A stretch of DNA of 45,128 nucleotides from positions 1-45,128 of the forward strand of contig NW_021834833.1 in the NCBI RefSeq assembly GCF_006345805.1, given 5' to 3'. Each line of letters opens with the position of its first letter. Positions within the stretch are counted from its first letter, which is position 1. This DNA comes from Octopus sinensis. Its lineage: Eukaryota. The notes below the pieces were generated by a model. The model did not search any database. It saw only the letters and a list, made by a program, of their open reading frames with translations, and was not told where the DNA came from. Both the position numbers and the translations under genes were made by a program. This document shows positions 13,681 through 25,389 of this stretch, in pieces.

Positions 13681-14599
13681 TGTGGGGGCCATGGATTTGA
13701 GATCATACTGGTGTGATGAGCCTACTCTGTCACACTGGTTCAACATGGTCTTGCATAGGGGTGCAGTTTTTTTTATACTCATGCCCAGGAGTAATTAAAT
13801 CAATTACATTGACTCCAGTGTTCAACTGCTACTTATTTTACCATCCCTGAAAGGATGAAAGACAAAGTCTATATTATATGCACTAAAACTGGGGTACAGC
13901 TAATATGTCCGTTCATTTTTTATGTCCCCAAACATGTTTGTGTATTTGTGGCTGAGTACTCCACACACATTTGTCCCTCAGCTTACATGTACAGCTCACC
14001 TGATGAGCTTCCACACAATTTCCTTCTACCCTATTTTGTTTACAAGGCTTGGGTCAACCTGAGTCTATGAAAAAATACTCTTGTGCCAAGATGCCACACT
14101 GTGAGATTGAACCTGTTGCCTTTTGATTGCAAAGTAAACTTCTTAATCATTTGGCCATACTACATCTACACACAGGCAACAACAATAAAAAAAAATCCAT
14201 TGACCACCATATCCTCTTCCCCCTTGAAATGTCTTTCTCCGTTAAAAATCAATATTCCTTTTTGTTTCTTTTTACTGATCTCACTCCTGGACTGTGGCCA
14301 TGCTGGGGCATGCTACTTCCAAGTGTGTTCTAGTCAATCACGTTGATTGACCCCCCCCCCCACTATTTTTCATTCTTGCACTTTGCTTATGTCTTAGTCT
14401 GTTTGTTGAATTGTTCATTTATGCATTTGCTGTAAAGGGATGTAACTCAACAAACTGGTTTACACTGGTCTACACACACACACACACACACACACACAAC
14501 AAGTGACTGAGAGCTCATGATCATGACTGGAAGACCTCAATAGATACATTGAGAAATACCTTGCTTGATACTCCAGCCTACATAGAGGCTGTGGACATG

Positions 14600-14913
14600 A
14601 TACAGAATCTGAAGAGGGCTCAACACTTTTGGTGTTCCGTGATGAAATGGTCCAGCCATTTTCAGAACTAACTGGGGCTGCTGGAGTCACAGAAATTCTC
14701 CGACAACCACTTCTGACTCTTTCTGGAGATATAGCAAGATGCCAAATCCCTACTGCCTCATATATAGCCTTCCAGCAGCAATCCTCTCCAGCCAAGGGTT
14801 AACCACAGTCTCCAGCAGCTTCACATAGCTGTCTGAATTGATCCTGAGGCCCTTTTCAAAGATGTGGGATGGCATGCTGTTGCCCTCACTGGAAACACAC
14901 CCAAAAACCATCA
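14600..14913 (-). mobile_element. maT/DD37D-like transposase fragment, second copy, inverted
   Basis: Reverse complement matches 13538-13680 and continues …AAGRLYMRQ*…SRKSQKWLSENF…. Confidence 0.75.
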
Positions 14914-15057
14914 CTTAGTCTACATGATGTCCGTGTCACGTCTTACAGCTTTTACAGTCTTCACAAAGCATTAAGCAGCAGTCATTATCATGTCTACATT
15001 TTGCTTCCCATCATGAATCATCATGATATAAGTAAATCATTTCCAATATTCACATAG

Positions 15058-15457
15058 CACGAGTGGCTGTGTGGTAAGTCACTTGTTTACTGACCACATG
15101 GTTCCGGTTTCAGTCCCACTGCGTGGCACCTTGGGCAAGTGTCTTCTACTATAGCCTCGGGTCGACCAAAGCCTTGTGAGTGGATTTGATAGATGGAAAC
15201 TGAAAGCAGTCCATCGTATATATGTATATATATTTCTATGCATGTGTGTGTCTGTTTGTCCCCACCCACCATCGCTTGACAACCGATGCTGGTGTGTTTA
15301 CGTCCCCATAACTTAGCAGTTCAGCGAAAGAGACCGATAGAATAAGTTCTAGGCTTACAAAGAATAAGTCCTGGGGTTGATTTGCTCGGCTAAAGGCGGT
15401 GCTCCAGCATGGCCACAGTCAAATGACTGAAACAAGTAAAAGAGTAAGAGTAAAGAG
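15058..15457 (+). mobile_element. Family A SINE, near full length
   Basis: gagtggctgtgtggtaag … gactgaaacaagtaaaagagtaagagtaaagag. Confidence 0.85.
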
Positions 15458-15534
15458 TGTAGCTTCCACTCCTCCATGTTGGCCAACTTTTTCTTAACTA
15501 CAGCTATAATCTTTATGCTCCTCCACAATACCTA

Positions 15535-15735
15535 TTTCTTTATTACCCACAAGGGGCTAAACATGGAGGGGACAAACAAGAACAGACATAGGTATTAAGT
15601 CGATTATATCGACCCCAGTGCGTAACTGGTACTTAATTTATCGACCTCCGCGGAATTTGAACTCAGAACGTAGCGGCAGACGAATACGGCTACGCATTTC
15701 GCCCGGCGCGCTAACGTTTCTGCCAGCTTGCCGCC
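15535..15735 (-). mobile_element. Family B SINE with internal deletion
   Basis: Reverse complement of family B. The tttgcctttcatcc core is missing. Confidence 0.75.
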
Positions 15736-15999
15736 TTGAAATACCATCGCTCCTCCACAATACCATTGATTGTTCACCAATACATTTTGCTTTTTCTGAA
15801 AAAATAAAAAGACATTAACAATTGTAAAATTTAACCTGAACACCCTGTATATATCGGGGGGAGATGAAAAAATATCTCAGAAGTGGCTAGCAAGAACATG
15901 AAATGCATTTTGGCCCTCTTGGGCCTTGATGATGAAGTGTACTCACAGCCAGCTACATACCTAGATATGATTTGCTGTCTCTGAAATATAAGGACCAGC

Positions 16000-17594
16000 C
16001 TCGCGTGGCACATAAAAAGCACCCACTACACTCTCGGAGTGGTTGGCGTTAGGAAGGGCATCCAGCTGTAGAAACACTGCCAGATCAGGCTGGATCCTGG
16101 TGCAGCCTTCTGGCTTCCCAGACCCCGGTCGAATCATCCAACCCATACTAGCATGGAAAACGGACGTTCAATGAAGATGATGATGATGATGAATACACTC
16201 ATTAGTATTGTGAATAGCTCCCAGGCTGAATAAATAATCTAGTACAGTGCTTCCCAACTATTTTTTTCCCTAAGGACCCCTTTGATTCCTATTTTACCTG
16301 GGTGGACCTCACTAGCTATTTGATGTTAAATTTATAATTAAATATTATTAGGAATTGTGGTGTGGCAAAAGAGATTGACAGGATAAGTATTAGTCTTAAA
16401 AAAAAGTCCTGGGGTTTTTACACATGCCAATGGCACAGGTGCCATTAAGGCGATGCTGGTAACGATCCCGCTCGAATGGTGCCTTTTATGTGCCACTGGC
16501 ACAGAAGCCGGTTAGCCGCTCTGTCAACGATCACGCTCGTATGGTGCCCGTCATCGAATTACATTTTGATTTCAATTTCACTTGCCTCAACAGGTCTTCG
16601 CAAACTGAGTTTAGTGTCCAATAAAGGAAAAGGTACGCACAAGTGGGCTGGTTATGCCCCTGGCATAGGCCACGAGGTTATGGTCTCATTTGGCTTGCCG
16701 GTTTTTCTCAAGCACAGCATATTTCCAAAGGTCTTGGTCACTAGTCATTTCGTTGGTGAGGCCTAAAGTTTGAAGGTCATGCTTCACCACTTCATCCCAG
16801 GTCTTCTTGGGTCTGCCTCTTCCACAGATTCCCTCAGCCGCTAGGGTGTGGCACTTTTTCACACAGCTATCCTCATCCATTCTTGCTACATGACCATACC
16901 AGCGCAGTCATCTCTCTTGCACACCACATCTGATGCTTCTTAGGTCCAACTTTTCTCTCAAGGTACTAACACTCTGTCGAGTATGCACACTGACATTACA
17001 CATCCATCGGAGCATACTGGCTTCATTCCTTGTGAGCTTACGCATGCCCTCAGCAGTCACAGCCCATGTTTCACTGCCATGTAGTATGGCTGTTTGTACA
17101 CATGCGTCATACAGTCTACCTTTTACTCTGAGCGAGAGGCCTTTTGTCACCAGCAGGGGTAAGAGCTCTCTGAACTTTGCCCAAGCTATTCTTATTCTAG
17201 CTGCTACACTTTCAGAGCACCCTCCCCCTCTACTGACTTGGTGACCTAGGTAACGGAAGCTATCAACTACTTCTAGTTTCCCTTCCTGGAATGTGGCTGA
17301 AGTTGTTTTCTATGCATTTTCAGTGTTTATTGCACCTGAGCATCTGCCACATACAAAAGTTATCTTCCCAGTTAGCCTTCCTTTGATATTACTGCACCTC
17401 TTATGTGTCCATAGCTTACACTGGGTACATCTTACAGAGTTTCTACCTACACCTCTACTACAGATCGAGCAGGGCCATCAACCTGAAGGGATTTGTGGTT
17501 TGCCTGCCTTACTACTTATTAGGACTTTGGTTTTAGCTACGTTGACTCTAAGGCCCTTCGATTCTAATCCTTGTTTCCACACTTGAAACTTCTC
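16000..17594 (-). mobile_element. RTE LINE 3' portion (end of RT, PHD-like finger, C-terminus, 3' UTR)
   Basis: Minus-strand translation: GLESKGLRVNVAKTKVL…WPCSICSRGVGRNSVRCTQCKLWTHKRC…FVCGRC…LEVVDSFRYLG…KGRLYDACVQTAILHGSETW…GRGRPKKTWDEVVKHDL, with in-frame stops. Confidence 0.9.
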
Positions 17595-17880
17595 ATATAT
17601 ATATATATATGTCTTGCAAACAACTTGCACATGCAAGTGCTACCAGTCAAAAGCTCCGTATACCGGAAGCCAGCAAGTGTATGGGGTCATCAGGAGAGAA
17701 TGCGCTCCGTTTCGGGGCCTACTTCTCGACGGCGTCACTGCGCACCGGACCCCCCCCTCACTGATATGAGGCCCCGCTTGCTAGATCAGCTGGTTATGAA
17801 GTTAAGCTCAATATCCTTCTAGCCATCACTCATCGTCTCTTTTTAACCAAATCCAGTGGCTAGCCTTCTCCACTGTATAT

Positions 17881-17912
<32 letters not shown>

Positions 17913-19319
17913 GTGTGTGTGTATGTATACACATGTGTGTGTGTGTGTATGTATACACATATATGTGTCTATATAGCTTTATCATAACCACTATCATGTT
18001 ATTAATGTCTACTTTTCCATATTTCCATGGATCAGATGAGCCTTCATTGAGGCAGTTTCTTCCTCGGTTGGGTGCCCTTCCTGTCATTGACCTTCACCTG
18101 TTTCCAAAGAAGGTAACAATTCTGCCAGTCTAAACAAGCTGGATATGCCTCTGTGGAGAACTGTAAACAAACTCCACTGTTTGTGTGAATAGTGACACTT
18201 TGTTTATAATCAGCACATTCATGTCAAGACATATCAAGTGACTCAGATAATACGCTTTTGCAAAGGACTGCCTGTGAATGACACAGCATGAATGGCAAAG
18301 CTTTGGTGATTACACTCTCCATGAGAGAGACACACACACAAACATATAAATATCCTCTTATAAACATATATGATGGACCTCTTCCAGATTTTGCTCACAA
18401 GTTATTTGTCAGCTTCTGGCTATAGTAAAGGACACCAGCTGATTGGTATCCATGGGGTGGGAGCAAATCCCAATCTGTGTAATTCCAAAGCAAATTTCTT
18501 AAACACACAGCCATATCTGGGCCTGCACACACTCACACACACACGTATATAGGATAAGGGGTAAAGACCCCTTTCGGTCATGAATAGCCATGGAATTGCA
18601 CCTAGAAAGTTCCATTCTGAGGAGCCCAGGCAAGATATCCAAAGGAAAGGCAAAGGTCAATACAGCTTGGCACCAGTGACATCGCAACTCATTACTACAG
18701 CTGAGTGAAGTGGAACAACACGAAACAGAGTGTCTTGCTCAAGAACACAACACAGCCTGGTCTGTGACAAATAAAAGAATGTTTATATGTGAAGGCACAT
18801 GGCTCAGTGGTTAGGGCATTGGATTCACAATTATGAGGTAGTGAGTTCAATTCCTGGACCGGGCTGTGTGCTGTGTTCTTGTGCAAGACACTTTATTTCA
18901 CATTGCTCCAGTTCACTCAGCTGTAGAAATGAGCTGTGATGTCAGTAGTGCCAAGCTGTATCGGCCCCTTTGCCATTCCCTTGGACAACATCGGTGGCGT
19001 GGAGTGAGGAGACTGGTGTACATGAGTGACTGCTGGTCTTGCACTCATGACTGTGAGATTGTCGCTTCAAACATTGTCTCGGTGGTGCATTGTGTTCCTG
19101 CGCAAAACGCTTCATCTGATACTGCTCTGCGATCACTTTGACATTTGGCATGTGGTTCACTGTGCACTCAGTAAGGCAACATTGATTTGATGGAGGGAGT
19201 GAGCTGATGTGCAGCACATACATTTGATCACTGTAAACAAATCATTTGTGCAGATTGTTCAGCCAGAAATTACAGAGCTATCATCTTTATTCGACTAAAA
19301 GAAACTACCATCGTCTCAT

Positions 19320-19727
19320 AGCAGAGTGGCTGTGTGGTAAGTAGCTTGCTAACCAACCACATGGTTCCGGGTTCAGTCCCACTGCGTGGCATCTTGGGCA
19401 AGTGTCTTCTGCTATAGCCTCGGGCCGACCAAAGCCTTGTGAGTGGATTTGGTAGACGGAAACTGAAAGAAGCCTGTCGTATATATATTTATATATATGT
19501 ATGTGTGTGTATATGTTTGTGTGTCTGTGTTTGTCCCTCTAGCATCGCTTGACAACCGATGCTGGTGTGTTTACGTCCCCGTCACTTAGCGGTTCGGCAA
19601 AAGAGACCAATAGAATAAGTACTGGGCTTACAAAGAATAAGTCCTAGGGTCGATTTGCTCGACTAAAGGCGGTGCTCCAGCATGGCCACAGTCAAATGAC
19701 TGAAACAAGTAAAAGAGTAAAAGAGTA
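19320..19727 (+). mobile_element. Family A SINE, full length
   Basis: gcagagtggctgtgtggtaagtagc … aaacaagtaaaagagtaaaagag. Confidence 0.9.
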
Positions 19728-19743
19728 TACATGCATATGTATA

Positions 19744-20724
19744 TATTGGGTCATCCCATAAATACTACATTTTTTACAATTGCATGAACTAAAATTGCAT
19801 AAACTACCTGCATCAACTTGCTATAAAAGCAGGTAGTAATTTTATCTTGTCCTTATTCTTAGTGCAAGTTTTGAAGAGTGCAGTTCGATTTTAACAGTTA
19901 TATTTTCAAAGTTATAATGGAAGTGACAAAGAGCATATTCAGAATATTTTGCTTTATGCATTCAATAAAGGTAACAACGCAATGGAAAGTGTGAGGAATA
20001 TTCATGCAGTATATGAGGATCAGGCAATGGTGGTTCCAGAAATTCTGAGTGGGAAACTACAGCCTAGAAGACAAGCCTCATCCTGGAAGATCTGTAGAGC
20101 TCAATGAGGATGTCCTGCAAACCCTGGTGGAACAAAATCCCATTGTAACTGTTGAGGAGCTAGCAGAGAAGCTTGGATTTGGTCATTCAACCTTTCATTG
20201 ACACCTGCATGCCATCAGAAAAGTCTGCAAATTTTCTGAGTTTAATCGCATGCAAAGAGTGAATGTGTGCTCTTCTTTGCTGTCATGTCTCACGAATGAA
20301 CCATTTTTGGACTGAATAGTCATTGGTGATGAGAAATGGGTTCTCTATAAAAATGTCAAGCGCTGAAACAGTGGGTAGGAAAACACTGGTACCCCAGGCT
20401 AAAGAAGGTCTTCACCCCCGTAAGATGTTGTTATTTTTTTGGTGGGATATGAAAGGTTTAGTCCACTTTGAACATTTAAACCCAAACCCAACGATAACAA
20501 AGGAGATCTGTGAGTGGCTTGAGCGGCTTAAGTCAGCACTAGAAGAAAAACGACCATCTTTGGTTTTGAGACAAAATGGTGTTCTTCCATCAGGATAATG
20601 CTCGGTCACATACAGTGAGGATGACATTCCAAAGGCTGGAACAGTTTGAATGGGAAAAAAGGCCTCACCCACCATATTTGCCAGACATTGTCCTATCTGA
20701 TTATCATTTATTCCGCAGTCTTCA
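19744..20724 (+). mobile_element. Degenerate mariner (DD34D) element
   Basis: Probable 5' TIR tattgggtcatcccataaata. Frameshifted transposase with IVIGDEKWVLY, KEGLHPRKMLLFFWWDMKGLVHFE, FHQDNARSHT, HPPYLPDIVLSDYHLFRSLQN. Truncated at the 3' end. Confidence 0.9.
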
Positions 20725-21023
20725 AAATTTTCAACAGAAAATATACCAGGGTTTTCCGAAAATCTGCCTATCCGTTAGATCACCCATGGGCATTTTATTT
20801 GGATGGGTGGTTAAAAGTTGAGACAGAGTTAGTGTTCTTGTTTGCATTCTGTTTAGACGTTCATTTGCTCTGTTTGGCACTAGCTGTATTTCGTTGTTGG
20901 AGTAATGTAACACCCTTTGATGGATTATCGCTATCTGATAGTTCGTCGGCTGCATCACACCACTTGTCTGATCCGATTATATTTGTCGTCATTGCTACGT
21001 GATCTGATTTTTATTCCCAATAA

Positions 21024-22255
21024 ATGGAGTCGAAAGAAAATATATCAAAACATGTTCAATGATCATATACCATTAGTGAAAAATTGGGTGCTATTAAATG
21101 AGTGAAAGAACATTCTGGCAATTTATCTGCTGCGTCAAAAGACTTAGGTATTGATAGAAAACGATTGAGAGAATGGTGCACAAAAAGAAACTGAGTTAAT
21201 CAATATGTCAGACAAGAGGAGACGCAGATCAATTGGTGGAGGGTAGAGGACCAGCACATAGAGATCTAGAGACTGAACTCTTACAGTGGATTGTTGTTCA
21301 GCGTGCAAACAATATAATTGTAAATTATTGCCGTTTACAGGAATATGCTTTTGAATTGGTAAAAAAACAGTTTGAAATTGGAATGAACAGCTTTAGATGT
21401 TCTGATAAATGGATTTTCGATTTCATGAAACGGATTAAACTGGGTGTGAGAAAGATTACACATGTTGGTGAAGCAGACAATAAAACACTTGGAGAAAAGG
21501 CACAAATCACCAGTGACTATCTATATAGCATTCCAGTATTAACAGGCAGATAAGGATGCTGACCAGATTTGAGGAAGCACTCCGTCGGCTACAATGACGA
21601 GGGTTCTGGTTGATCCGAATCAGAGAGTGACAAGGCCGGCCCTTTGAAATACAGGTACAACAGAAACAGGAAGTAAGAGTGAGAGAAAGTTGTGGTGAAA
21701 GAGTACAGCAGGGATCACCACCATCCCCTGCCGGAGCCTCGTGGAGCTTTAGGTGTTTTCGCTCAATAAACACTCACAACGCCCGGTCTGGGAATCGAAA
21801 CCGCGATCCTATGACCGCGAGTCCGCTGCCCTAACCACTGGGCCATTGCGCCTCCATTGACCAGATTTATAATATGGATGAAACACCTGTATATGTTGAC
21901 ATGTTGAGTTTAACAACCATAGACTTTGCTGGCAATAAAAATGTAGATGCTATCCACTGTGGTGCTACCAAAGCTCGTTTTACTGCTGTGTTGTGTGTTA
22001 ATGCTGCAGGAAAGGTGTTAAAAACAATGATTATCCTTACAGGATTGAAAAACGTGTCTAAAATCAAGGTCCCAAAGAATATTTACTTATCAGGGGATCA
22101 ATAACATATGAAAATCTCCAAAAGGGGATCAATCCCACATATGAACTCACGCAGCTGTGGGCTGACAAAAGTGTTTGGGCAAAGAACAGCACAACTATTC
22201 CATGCCCAAAATTCATTGCTGTTCATGGATGAATGCCAACCACTTTACAGAATGT
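21024..22255 (+). pseudogene. pogo-family transposase pseudogene (Brinker-like HTH, CENP-B HTH, DDE_1), interrupted by a SINE
   Basis: SYTISEKLGAIK*VKEHSGNLSAASKDLGIDRKRLREW; GRGPAHRDLETELLQWIV…FRCSDKWIFDFMKR; after removing the SINE, DKDADQIYNMDETPVYVDM…RFTAVLCVNAAGKVLKTMII; later SLLFMDE. Contains stops and frameshifts. Confidence 0.85.
21571..21857 (-). mobile_element. tRNA-derived SINE, family C, with 11-bp TSD
   Basis: TGACCAGATTT at 21560-21570 and 21858-21868. Minus strand has A-box tggcccagtgg and B-box ggtttcgattcc. Confidence 0.9.
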
Positions 22256-22257
22256 GC

Positions 22258-22853
22258 CGGGTGCATTCATGTAGCACCGGCATGACTGCATTCATGTGGC
22301 ACTGGCATGGGTGCATTCATGTGCACTGGCATGGCTGCATACATGTGGCACTGGCATGACTGCATTCATGTGGCACTGGCATGGGTGCATTCATGTGCAC
22401 TGGCATGGCTGCATACATGTGGCACTGGCATGACTGCATTCATGTGGCACTGGCATGGGTGCATTCATGTGCACTGGCATGGCTGCATTCATGTGGCACT
22501 GGCATGGGTGCATTCATGTGGAATTGGCATGTTTGCATTCATGTGGCACCGGCATGACTGCATTCATGTGGCACTGGCATGGGTGCATTCATGTGCACTG
22601 GCATGGCTGCATACATGTGGCACTGGCATGACTGCATTCATGTGGCACTGGCATGAGTGCATTCATGTGGAATTGGCATGTTTGCATTCATGTGGCACCG
22701 GCATGGCTGCATACATGTGGCACTGGCATGACTGCATTCATGTGGCACTGGCATGAGTGCATTCATGTGGAATTGGCATGTTTGCATTCATGTGGCACCG
22801 GAATGAGTGCATTCATGTGGCACTGGCATGAGCGCATTCATGTGGCAGTGGCA
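22258..22853. repeat. 24/25-bp minisatellite with ~74-75 bp higher-order unit
   Basis: Monomers gcattcatgtggcactggcatgggt / gcattcatgtgcactggcatggct / gcatacatgtggcactggcatgact repeat in order. Confidence 0.9.
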
Positions 22854-22854
22854 C

Positions 22855-23115
22855 CTGTAAAGGACATGCCTGATTGTATGGACGACTGTGATTTTACTTA
22901 GCTTGATGCATCTTCCCAACTACGGCAAATCGCCACAACTCCTGGACCCTTGTTATTTTCTCAGTGAGGCCCACTGTCTGAAGATCCATTCTCACCATTT
23001 CGTCCCACATCTTTGAGAGTCTACCCCTTCCACAGTTTCCTGCCACATTAGAGCTCAGCACTTCTTTATGCTGCTGTCCTCATCCACATGCATCACATGA
23101 CCAAACCAGTGCAAA
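22855..23115 (-). mobile_element. Diverged RTE LINE 3' fragment
   Basis: Minus strand reads LHWFGHVMHVDEDSSIKKC and has a GRP-KMWDE-like segment. Confidence 0.65.
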
Positions 23116-23126
23116 GTGTACGTATA

Positions 23127-23492
23127 TATGGTTCCGGGTTCAGTCCCACTGCGTGACACCTTGGTCAAGTTTCTTCTACTATAGCCTCGGGCCGACCAAA
23201 GCCTTGTGAGTGGATTTGGTAGACGGAAACTGAAAAGAAGCCTGTCGTATATATGTATATATATATATATATATATATGCATGTGTGTGTTTGTGTGTCT
23301 GTTTGTCCCCCTAGCATTGCTTGACAACCGATGCTGGTGTGTTTATGTCCCCGTTACTTAGCGGTTCGGCAAAAGAGACCGATAGAATAAGTACTGGGCT
23401 TACAAAAGAATAAGTTCCGGGGTCGAGTTGCTCGATTAAAGGCGGTGCTCCAGCATGGCTGCAGTCAAATGACTGAAACAAGTAAAAGAGTG
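23127..23492 (+). mobile_element. Family A SINE, 5'-truncated
   Basis: atggttccgggttcagtccc … gactgaaacaagtaaaagag. Confidence 0.85.
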
Positions 23493-23834
23493 ATATGAAA
23501 ACAGTGAAGGTGTGTGGCTTAGTGGTTAGGGTATTTGGCCCATGATTGTGAGGTTGTGAGTTCAATTCCTGGCGATGCATTGTGTCTTTGAGCAAGGCAC
23601 TTTATTCCACATTGCTCCAGTCCACTCAGCTAGCAAAAATGTGTACTACCTGTATTTCAAAGGGCTGACTTTGTCACATTCTGTGCCATGCTGAATCTCT
23701 CTTAAAACTACATTAAGGGTACACATGTCTGTGGAGTGCTCAGCCACTTGCATGTTAATTTGACGAGCATGCTGTTCCATCGATCGGATCAACTGGAACC
23801 CTTATCATCTGTATATACACACTCAGTCATATAT

Positions 23835-24102
23835 AGTGGTTAGGGCAGCGGACTAGCGGTCGCATGATCGCGGTTTCGATTCCCAGACCGGGCGTTGTGT
23901 GTATTTATTGAGCGAAAACACCTAAAAGCTCCACGAGGCTCCGGCAGGGGGTGGTGATCCCTGCTGTACTCTTTCACCACTCTTTCTTCTGTTGGCCTGC
24001 TCGCTTAGCCAGCGGGGTGGCGTCATTCGAAGGCTAAAACAATGCGAACGCATTGTGACCAGCGATGTGTAACAACATCTGATGGTCTGGTCGGTCACGT
24101 GA
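23835..24102 (+). mobile_element. Family C-headed SINE
   Basis: agtggttagggcagcggactagcggtcgcatgatcgcggtttcgattcccagaccgggcg, homologous to 21571-21857. Confidence 0.8.
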
Positions 24103-24293
24103 TATATATATATAATAATAAATATTAGGGAATAAATCCAAATTTACAGGGAAAAAAATCAGATTTAGGATTAAATCCAATTTTATAGTAAAATATTATA
24201 AAATATTATTAGAGACAAAACCACTATTTTGCAAAACAAACAAGGAAAGACTTAATCAATACATAAAATTTTAATAAATAGTCAAAAAAACCG

Positions 24294-24336
24294 CCACTAC
24301 AATCGTTTCTTGTCTTGATCGACAATCTTCAGGTGG
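24294..24336 (-). ncRNA. Minimal type I hammerhead ribozyme motif (mirror copy)
   Basis: Exact reverse complement of 24397-24439 within the palindrome. Confidence 0.8.
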
Positions 24337-24396
24337 ACTTCCAATAAGTCAGTTTCAAATTATGACTTCATAATTTGAAACTGACTTATTGGAAGT

Positions 24397-24439
24397 CCAC
24401 CTGAAGATTGTCGATCAAGACAAGAAACGATTGTAGTGG
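24397..24439 (+). ncRNA. Minimal type I hammerhead ribozyme motif
   Basis: CCAC-CTGAAGA-TTGTC-gatcaa-GACAA-GAAAC-gatt-GTA-GTGG. Stem I CCAC/GTGG, core CUGANGA, stem II TTGTC/GACAA, GAAA, minimal stem III AC/GT, GUA triplet with predicted cleavage after 24435. Confidence 0.8.
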
Positions 24440-25327
24440 CGGTTTTTTTGACTATTTATTAAAATTTTATGTATTGATTAAGTCTTTCCTTGTTTGTTTT
24501 GCAAAATAGTGGTTTTGTCTCTAATAATATTTTATATATATATGTATACACACACTCTGACATATATATACACACACTCAGACACCTTTATATATATATA
24601 TATATATATCAATAGGCAAAGTAGCTGAGTTCCTTTTGAGCGTTGGGCCTCAGGGAGTCCCAATGATATGAAAACAATTGAACATGAAAGTCATGTATCA
24701 CTCCTTAATGTACAGTACCATGTTAAGTTTTACAAGGAAAACTTTGATAGTGACTTCAAAGTCTCTGTTCATTATATGTTGACAGCTAATTACCTGAAAT
24801 TTTGAAGTCTCTGTGAAGATTTTCCTCAGAAAATTTGTATGTATGTATATATGTATTAATATGTATCTATAAATGTATTTGTGCATGTATGTGTACATCT
24901 GTGTATATGTGAATGTGGATATGTAAATCATCATCATCATTTAGCGTCTGTTGTCCAAGCTGGCATGCTAGAAGGCTGTACCAGACTCCAGTCTGATTTG
25001 GCATGGTTTTCTACGGCTGGATGCCCTTCCTAATGCCAACCACTGAGTGTGTAATGGTTGCTCTTCCATGTCACCAGCATGGGTGCCATTTGCGTGACAC
25101 TGGGGTGTGTTTATGTGCCACCAGCACAGGTGCCGTTTTGTGTGACACTGGTATCTGTCATGACTGCGATTTTGCTTGGCTTGATGGGTCTTCTTCTCAA
25201 GCATGACAAAATGCCAAAGGTCTTGGTCATTGCCTCCGTGAGGCCCAACACTCAAAAGGAGCTCAGCTACTTTGCTTCCTTGAGTCCCAGTGCTCAAAAG
25301 GAACTCAGCCACTTTGCCTCTCTCTCT

Positions 25328-25329
<2 letters not shown>

Positions 25330-25389
<60 letters not shown>

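Larger units (their letters stand above)
24197..24536. repeat. Perfect inverted repeat, 169-bp arms with a 2-nt loop (probable Penelope-like pLTR foldback)
   Basis: 24197-24365 is the exact reverse complement of 24368-24536 (checked base by base). Loop CT at 24366-24367. Confidence 0.95.

Noticed and set aside
17690-17790. Additional hammerhead (minus strand GAAAC…CTGATGA)
   Set aside because: Stem II partners (GGCCCC and CCCC) cannot pair, and there is no NUH or stem III geometry.
21780-21857. tRNA gene
   Set aside because: A and B boxes belong to a SINE head followed by a SINE body and TSDs. There is no complete cloverleaf.
22258-22853. CRISPR-like array or His/Trp/Cys-rich protein (ORF 22307-22756)
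   Set aside because: Contiguous monomers without unique spacers in a eukaryotic context. The ORF arises from the minisatellite.
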